Assembly (NCBI GenBank): GCA_018398765.1
Contig: JAHBMJ010000443.1
Coordinates: forward strand, 1-64,000
DNA length: 64,000 nucleotides
Direction: 5' to 3'
Source: Chromera velia
Taxonomy: Eukaryota
This document shows, piece after piece, positions 55,576 to 64,000 of the stretch. Position 1 is the stretch's first letter. Each line of letters starts with the position of its first letter. Below the pieces are notes generated by a model. It did not search any database. It was given only the letters and a program-made list of their open reading frames with translations, and had not been told where the DNA came from. Position numbers and translations under genes: made by a program.

Positions 55576-58500
55576 CTACTTCCCTCGTCCTTTGCCTCCT
55601 CCCTGTCTTCCCCTCTTACGAGCCCCCCCCGCCCCCTCCCTTCCCACCTCTCCTGACGCAGAGGGGTTTCTCCCCGCAGTGAAGAGAGAAGTCAGGCCCC
55701 CTCCTCCCTTCTCTCTGACCTTGTCCTTCTCTTTCTTCCCCTCCTTGCCTGCCTTTCCCTTCTTCTTCCTGCTCCCAGCCACCATCGACACGGCTGCAAC
55801 CATCTGCAGGGAGACGCTCTGGACGTTACTGCAAATGCGCGCACCCTCGTCACACGCAGTCGAGCAGAAACCCCCGTCCTTCCAACTTCCCTTCTCTGCT
55901 GAGCTACCGTCCAACTTCCCCTGTTTCCATCCAGTGGGGAATCTGAACATACTCCCCCCTCCATCCGTCACACACGATCCCTCAGCACCTCCCGAAATGG
56001 CCGACCGGCCATCAGCAAGGTCAGATCCTCCCAGGGACCCCCTGTCTCCTCCTCTGTCTCTCCTGCTGCCCCCCTTCCTCGAGGGCCACTTGTGAACGAT
56101 CTTCGGGATGACTAGGCCCAGATCGATGGGCTCCGGGTTCTTCTTCAGCCAGGCCCCGCGGGCAGTCCAGAGAACGCCTGCATGTGAGGAGGGAGGCACA
56201 GAGGGAGAGAGGCGTCCCATCAATCGCAAAGGAAAGGCTATTCTCTGAACCAATTACGCATTATGGATCGTAGCAACAATAACAGAGGGAAAATGCATAA
56301 ATATGATTTCATCAAAATGACTTGGGGGGCTGAGAAAGGAGAAAGTAATGGCAAGGGCGCGAAAGAAAGAATCCCTTCTGACCCGTACTTCCCCTCCATC
56401 CATTTCTACTGTCTGACATGCTCAACTGCTTGTGAGAAACTAAAAGGGGGCTACAGAAAGATCTCATGTTGCGTGCCTGACTGACCACAATTGGGGCACT
56501 CCAGAACGTCCCCCACAAACGGCCAGGAGGCAATCGCGAAGGACCTCTCGAAGGCCCCCCCCGATCTGTCCTTCCGGGACAGCATCGTTCGGCGAACCTG
56601 GGCAGAGAGAAGAGAAGAGAAGAGAAAAGAACGAAAAATGCATGGTGCTGGATCACTGACAAGCGCATAGGTGTGTTTGGTGTGAGAGCGTCTGTGCGTA
56701 TGTGAGTGTTCGTTTCCATTTGAGAACCATTCCGACGCACTCCAGCTGCCTGTGCCCCTTCAAGAATGCGAACCGCGAAAAGACGGGACGAAACAGAGCA
56801 CAAGGCAAAGCCAGTGAAACGAGTAAGAGGCAAACTCGAAATGGTATGAAAACCTCAAAACAGCTTGACTGACCCTCACGCTCTCTCCTCTGTCCTCACT
56901 GCACTTCCTGCACAGCAGCACCCGGTTCTCGAGGTTCACCCTGTAGATGCACCCCCCACCCCACCGCCCGGGCACAAGACCGCCCTCCATCCCCATATGC
57001 CCCCCACTCCCCACGCCCATCGGGGGTGTCACAGGCCTACTCGAGTTGCGGCTGCTGTCTGTTCCCGTCAAACCCCCAGGAACACCAGTCGGGCAGTTGG
57101 TCCCCCCACCCCGGCTCGCTCCTCCGATTGCTGTGCCGTTGGCGGACCGGCACACGGCCCTGTGACGCCCTCCGTGGTTCATGCCCAGGCTGCACGCTGT
57201 ACCGCAAGCCAGACACCCAGCAGGGCATCTGAAGACGTCGAATGGAATCACGCGGCCGTGCAGGAGTGACGGGGCAGCACCTCCTCCAGCAGCTGCCCCC
57301 CCTTCTGAACAGGAGGACGCAGAGAACTTGGTCGTCAATGCCTGCAGCACATAGAGGGAGGAAGGGAGGGAGGGAATGTGTCCATGTCAGCAGGGCAGAA
57401 GGAGAAAGACAGGAAGGAAAAGATCTTTCCCAATCCGAGAGCCATGAAGGGAGGTGACAGTCGAGCTTCACGATTTACGGAGAGAAAGACGAACAAGACC
57501 CGAGACTCAACCCTGCACACAAAAGATGGTCGGCTTGCAAAGGTGTACAAGAAGAGGAAAAGGTTTAGCAGGAGAAGCAAAAGAAAAAACTTGCCTGCAG
57601 CGTGAGGAAAAACGTCCGCACGGAGCGTGCCACTCGGAGCGTGGAGTCTCTTCTCAGAAATGCCCGTATCCGGTTGCGCAGAGGACGGAAGTTCGTTCCC
57701 CCCATGGGAACCAACTGATCATTCTGATCTCCCCTCCCTTCCCTCTCCCTCCCCCCCGGGGAGTCCTCAGAGAGCAGAGACAAAGCGGAGGTTCCCGAAG
57801 TTTTCGCACTCACACGACGAGAGGTCACGGCGCTGTCGTCGAACACTTCCTCTGCCTCTCCCACCGCCCCCCCCTCCCCCTCCTCGTCCCGTTCCATCAC
57901 TACAGGGTCTGTACGACACCCGACATACTCAACGCAACAGAAGGCCTCGAACAGGGGACGCGTGTCGGAGGGAGACCGCACCGCACCTGCACAACGGCAA
58001 GTCAATGGACTCACAAAAATGCACCAAAAAGAAGAAAAAAGAGAGGTAAACGGTCAGAAAACGTCAAAAGAGAAGAATGAGCAACAAGGAGAGGAAGAAA
58101 AGCATCAATTAGGCCATCACGACGAGCACATGTACGCTGCTTGAGAAGGAAGGATGTCGTGTGTGCAGTTTCTATGTACACTATACAGCTAGGGGATAGG
58201 GAGATCTGTTGCATCGGCCCCTGTTGAGCCCTCTGTCTGTTGGCATTCTGGAGGATGTCACCTTCCCAGATCCTCTCTCTATATACCCCTCTCTCTCTCT
58301 TTCTCCCCTTCTTTCTTTTTCTCTCGCTCTTCTGAGTGAGTGAGTCAGTGAGTGAGTGAGTGAGTGAGTGACTCTATTTGTGTTTGTGCGTGCGTGTGTG
58401 TGCCTTTCTCTCTTCCTGACCTCTGTAAGCCTTCTTGAAGACCTCAAAGAACGACGCGGAGTCGAGGTAGGAGACGTTGACCTTCGTTGGCCTCATCTGT

Positions 58501-60069
58501 TGCTGGAGAGAGCGGGAGGCAGCGGCAGCCGCAAACATGCCGGGGGGGGGCATCTCACGTCCACTTCTTCTCCCACGCCCCTTCCGTCTCTGTGCCTCTC
58601 CTCCGTGCTGCTCTTTCTCTTTCTTCCCCTCCCCCTCTTCTTTCTCCTCGTTTGTGACGCACGCCTCCACTGTGTCGGCATCTGTCGTCCCTTCGTCAGT
58701 GGAGATCGTCTGCAGACGATGTGTGTGGGCGCCTGTCTGCGTCTTTGCTCTCTCCGTGTCTCCCTGCTGGGGGGCCGAGTTTGCATTCGCCTCGATGTCG
58801 AGGTCGAGAAATCGCGAGAACTCTTCGAGTCTCATCTGACTCTCTGCACTCGCAGCCTCTCCCTGCGAGAGTGAAACACCCTCGCGGGAAAGCTCTGCTT
58901 CCTCTCTAGAGTTCAAAGTGATCCCCTCCGCTCCCTCTCCCTCTTTCTCCTTCTCTGCTTCCTCTGTTTCTTGCCCCCCTTCCTCCCTCTCCCTCCCGTT
59001 AGGCTCCCGTTCGTCCTCAGGCTGCTGAGAGTCCGCAACCCCTCCCGCCCTCCTCTCCTGATCTCTCTCTGTCACCGCCGCTGCGTCTGTTGCAGGAGCA
59101 GAGGAAGAGGCATCCAGAGCATTGAGGTCACCGGCACTCTTGCTGCGGTGAGCTTGGGACATGCCGTGGCCCCCCTCGGCAGAGGCAGAGGGTGCCGTCT
59201 CTCCCTCCCCCTCTCCCTGGGACTGGGAGAGGGACAGACGATCCCTGACATCTGGAACCAGAGCAGCGGCAGCAGCGGGAGGGGCCCCGGCCTTGGGTGA
59301 GCCGGGGGCTGTGCGGGCCTGTCGTTGGTTTTGGGCCTTCATCGATCGACGGGGGGGGGGAAGGACTGAGTCCTCCGGGGAAGACCTCTTGGTTTCCTCG
59401 TCTGGTCCCCCCCCCTCTCTCTTCTGCGCCTTTTCAGGGGCGACTGGCTCAGCAGGGGCATCGTTGGCATTTAAGTTAGGGTTGCGGGAAGCCATGAGGG
59501 GAGAGAAACTAGTGTTGGCAAGCTTCGTCATTCCCTCTGCCAGCTGTCCCGCAATATCACGGAAAGCATCTATGGCGTCTCCGATCCGGTCCATCATTTC
59601 ATTCTCAATCCCCCCATTACCCTCACGTCCGTCATTTGCACCAGAAGGGGGGGCAAAAAGCCCCCCAACAGGGGCCACCGCGGGTCCACTGGGCTCCTCT
59701 GGTGCGGGTTCGGATGAGAGGGGGGGGGGCGGGGTATGCCCCCCCCCTCCAAACCTAGATGAACTGGACCGTCCCCCTTCTTTCTCTGACGTTTTCAGGT
59801 TGGCAGCTGCAACGCTTGTGTTTGCACTGCTGGCCCTTGCTGTGGTTTTTGGGGTGCCGGTTGATGAAGAGGCAAATGAGTCCAGGGTGAGGGGTTCCGA
59901 GTGGAGGGTTTCGTGGAAAATGATCACCTGCAGGGGGAGGCAGGGGGCAGAAAGAGACGCATAAAGTCGAAAGCTAACGGAAAGAACGATTGCAACGCCG
60001 GCTCCCAAACACAGGTTGTTACATGATTGTACGGTGAGTGAGTGAGTGAGTGAGTGAGTGAGTGAGTGA

Positions 60070-60110
<41 letters not shown>

Positions 60111-60841
60111 TGTGTGTAAATCCTTTCGTGGGAAGATACAAAACTGTGGGCCCGAAGAGAAGGCAAAAACACTGTGCCGATGGATGCACGCACAAGACAG
60201 TACGCTGACTCCCCTACCTATCGACTCACCGATGCGCCCATGTGCTGCATAGGGGTGCCGTGCACCTCTGCCACTGTACGCAGTTCATCTGCGAAGTAGT
60301 TGACGAATGCTTGGGATGCATCCTCGAGGAAGTGGAAGACATCTGTGGTCAGCCTCTCCCCCCATTTTCTGTATACAATGATATCCGAAATGGCAAGCAC
60401 TTTCAGAAGCGTTCGCTTGCGCACTGCCTCTGCTTCTGGGTGTGACACGAGTCCCATCATCCCCTCTGTGTCGATGATGATGGCGTCGTCACAGCGTCGG
60501 AGGGGATCCCTCCATAGGGCTGCCTGCACTCCTGGAGGACCTCCTATCTGGCTGGCAGAAGTCTGGAAGACTTCTTGACGACCTCGGCCAAAGAAAAGAC
60601 GGTTCAACGTATGGGATTTTCCTGCACCTGTCTCACCAAAGATAGATACCACTTTGACTTTTTTGTTGGGACTACAGCCGAGATTTGCCGCCAGTTGTTC
60701 GACTGAGTCCACCATCAACCTTTCCTCTCCGTTGACCAAAACAAAGCTACCAGACTGAGCTTGCTGCATCGTCTCGGAGCCAACGAAACTCCGAGCATCT
60801 ACAACAGAGCCCGAGTCCTTCTGGTTGTGAGCTGCTTTCAT
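55576..60841 (-). CDS. ZFYVE1/DFCP1-like P-loop NTPase (GBP/atlastin-related fold) with Cys-rich region, no FYVE domain seen
   Basis: Exons 60841-60230, 59927-58421, 57986-57595, 57341-56874, 56597-56486, 56177-55576. Collinear with animal ZFYVE1 motifs: KVVSIFGETGAGKSHTLN, IIDTEG, LLKVLAISDIIVYR, FHFLEDAS, VIIFHET, FEAF, CLACG..C…MNHG, C..C…RGE.V, ECPNCGV, IVHKWP. Confidence 0.88.
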
Positions 60842-61705
60842 TGCTACAGTCCAGTGGAGATTCTGTGAAAAACGCTTACTGAAGAAAGAGAAACGCCATC
60901 AACCCACCACAGCAAGGATCCCACAAATCGAAAATCGTGTTGCGCTGCCGTGTCACTGACCTGTGACAAAAGAAAGCAACCTATCGACAAGTACTACACT
61001 GCTGGAAAGATTTCGGGCAGATGCATTACCACACTTCACTGCATGAGACTGGAGCCCAAAACCAAAATAAAATGCACATTGAAATCGTGAGTCTGATCGA
61101 TCGATGAAGTCTGTCAGAAGATTCTTGTCGAGCCTGTCACTGTTGCTGATTGTTGCTGCTAGCCCTTTTGGCTTTAAATTTCTTTGCGACAATTTGGGCC
61201 ACGGGAAAAAAGCGTGCGACCACGTCTCGGCCCCAAGAGAATTTGTGTGTGTCCCCAGACTGCACCCCCGCGCGCCCGCGGCATTTTACAAAAAGGCCCA
61301 CATTTTTTCACATTAAATTTCCTCAGCCTTGGTTGGCGCAAGGCAAAAGAAAAAACCTTGCAGAATTTCAAGGCACTACTAACATGCAGCGACCAACACA
61401 GCGGATTCTCAAGATTTCGCAAGAATGTTTTGCGTGCCTCCTCGTACGTCGAATTGCCAGCTTTCACTTTTCAAAAAAGCTTGACCCCTCTCTTTGAAGG
61501 AGGTTCCTTGCACATGATTCTGCCTGTCTTCTGTCAGTAATTCAGACTGTCTAACACGAAGTCCTCCATAGAACCTGCTTTTGTACTCTGAAGGCCTCAG
61601 GGAGCCAGCGAGGTTGCCTTGGGGTGACCAAAATTTACAACGTGGAAGAGTGTCTCCTGCCCTGGTAGGAGTACATTGAAGTAGTCCCTCTTCTGCATGA
61701 ATGTC

Positions 61706-63395
61706 ATGATGCGTGCCCTGTTTTCGTTTCTTTTGGTGACCACTGTCGCTGGTTCTAAGCGAACCCGTGGTCAAAAGAGACTTCCTGAGACTGGAGGGGC
61801 TTCCGCTACCTATGCTCCCCATGGAGGCCCCTCTCATTCCTTTGCCCCTCCCAGAGACTCTCTTCGACCTTCCATTGCCATCGATGAGAGTGGGAGTGAG
61901 GAAATCGTCCCATTTGAAGTCGACAGACTCATCTCTGCCCGTGCTGAACCCAATGGTAAGTCTGCTTTTGCTGGACTGACATCTCTCAGTCTTAGTTGCT
62001 GCGGATTTGCCATCCCTTCTCCTCTCTTCCTTGCAGGTCTCTCCGGGTGGTCTGCCAAGGTGATCCTCACAGGCAGCGGCTTCGATGGAGCCACCTTTCT
62101 TGCAATTAAGAATGGAGGCGAGAGCGCATGCCTCTCTGCCCCCGATGAAGACCTCGTCCTCGGTCAGTGAGGGGGAATTCTCTGAAAGCGACTGCTGCTG
62201 TCCCTTTTTTTCTCCATGTCCTATCCCTTTCTTGTTTCACCCCTTCTACCCTGATGGCTTCACTCCCTGCCCCTCTGGTTACTGTCTCTGTTTGCGGTTG
62301 AGTGCTCCTGAGTTGACCCTCCCTCTTTCGCTGCCCCTTCTGCCCACAGAGACTTATTCTTGTGCTCTCATCTCTCGTCTTTTCTGCCTGCAGGTGGAAC
62401 CGGTGAGGTGTCTACTTCCGGACGCCATGCGCCTCAGCAGATTGGTCAGTCACATAAGGCCTCTCATTGCCCTTCTTTGACTGTATCTGTGTCACTGGGT
62501 CCCCTTGTCATCCCAATGCTGCGCTGCAGAAGTGGTCAGTCCCTCTGTTCCATTGTTGATGGAAGTTTCTACGCGGTGTGTGTTTGCAGTTTTCGGGTTT
62601 GAGAAGGAGTCAGACCGTGAGTGGCGTCACAGCCTCTCCCTCTGCCTCTACCCCTCGAGTGTTTCCGTCTCCCCCGAGAATTCCGAGGAGGCCCCAGAGG
62701 GCGTCTTCGTGGGGAATTTGAAGATTGGGGACGGTTGCACCCGAGATTCTGCTGGAGACTGCCAGCGTCCTGCAATCGTCTCGGACCTTTCCGATGGGGA
62801 GCTTCCCGAAGTAGATGTGCAGACCCGCTCTCTGGCTCTCCTTTTTCCCCGCAGAGACGCGGCCTTTTCAGTGTCCCTGTCCGGTCGTGGTTTCTCTGAT
62901 CGGAACATCATTGCACTGAAGCCTGCGGATGTGGGCTGCAGGGGGGGGTACAGGACTGAGTCTCTCATGTGGAAGACGGGGGCAGAGGCTACCCATGTTT
63001 CTGATGGACAGACAGAGGCAGAGGAGGACCCAGGTGTGTCACTGCAGCCTTCCGGGCCTGCTGCCAAGCGCAGTGCGCCTAGGCGCCGTCTGAAATCAGA
63101 CAACGCCCCCCAGCTGCGTAGACAGAACGCACAAGACCTCTCTTGGTTTGAGGCCGAGGATCAGGAGGACACCCCCACTACTGCTGAGGAGCCTGCTGAG
63201 ATGGTTGAGTGGCAGTTTGAGGAGGAGTTGTCCGGGGGTGTGGCTAGTGCGATGGGAGGGGAGAGTGCCTACCACGCGTGTCTCTACTCCAACGCCTTCG
63301 ACATCCGGCCGCAACACGTGGCCAATGTCATTTTTAAGCGTCAGTCTGCATGGCAGGGGGGCAGAGAAATCTGCTGGGGACATCAAGGACAATGA
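61706..63395 (+). CDS. Secreted/surface protein with signal peptide and repeated IPT/TIG-like modules (multi-exon, probably continues beyond)
   Basis: N-terminus MMRALFSFLLVTTVAG. Exons ~61706-61955, 62038-62161, 62393-62443, 62589-63340. Two similar segments KVILTGSGF…LAIK…C and SVSLSGRGF…IALK…C, each later followed by xCLY. Confidence 0.6.
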
Positions 63396-64000
63396 ATGAG
63401 GGAGACCGAAAAATCAAAGCCAAAGAAAGAAAACTTGTGCGTTTCATGAGGGCGCTTGTGGACCTCCGCTGTCTACATTCTGATTTCGTTCAGCGATGAA
63501 GTTTTGTCTTCGTGCCTTCCTACCGAGCCTTTTCTCTTCTTATCACGCAAAGGGACATCTGCGTTTCCGTGTGCGTCCTCTCCTTCTGCTTTGTGTCTGA
63601 ATGCTTTGGAAGTTGTTCGATCTTCTGCTGGCACAGGGCTTGAGTAACTGCTTTTTGAATGGCTTTCTGGATCTGTTCTTAAGCATTGATGAGTGAGGGA
63701 ACCACCTGATTGGATTGGATTGGATGCGTGCAGCTCCTACGGCAGACTTCCTCCGTCTAGCGTTCCTTGCTTTCGTCGCCTTCCCTCTTGGTCTGCTCGC
63801 CATTTTCTCCCTCGCCTTCGCATGGTCAGTCCTCTTGCAGGGGGTTAGGGGGTCCTCCCAGTCCGGAGAGTAGAAAGGGGTTGTCGAGGCGATCCTCCTT
63901 TCTTTTGTTTTTCCGATCCGTTCTCACAGGATCTATTGGCGTATTTGTCTGTGACAGTCTGCGTGTCTGGGTGCGTCATGTGTTTACTTCCTTGACTGAG

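Overview
Eukaryotic, intron-rich genomic window. Gene style, microsatellite-laden introns, TGCATGCA motifs and protein affinities suggest an alveolate, most likely a chromerid such as Chromera; this is inference, not verified. GC-rich gene blocks alternate with AT-rich islands of decayed transposons. Genes reconstructed from splice sites: an orphan single-exon ORF (6.8-8.2 kb, -); a 7-exon RE/Pro-rich CCCH zinc-finger protein (9.3-15.3 kb, +); a low-complexity hypothetical gene (20-24 kb, -); a 13-exon eIF4A with an unusual ~110-aa Asp/Arg/Tyr/Gly N-terminal extension (25.1-30.9 kb, +); a four-module EF-hand protein (40.9-46.0 kb, -); a membrane-anchored Thr-rich mucin-like protein (47.8-51.9 kb, -); a clear ZFYVE1/DFCP1 NTPase homologue with no visible FYVE domains (55.6-60.8 kb, -); and a secreted protein running off the window end. 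Mobile elements: a truncated Ty3/gypsy LTR element, a CRE-like non-LTR 3' remnant, a 2.1-kb long-TIR DNA transposon, a (CAT)n-tailed LINE and a 531-bp MITE. The most striking signal is that the repeats, but not the genes, carry a CpA/TpG->TpA hypermutation signature resembling fungal repeat-induced point mutation (RIP). Also notable are the DFCP1 homologue, the DRYG-extended eIF4A and an atypical GTCAGT-dominated 5' splice consensus.
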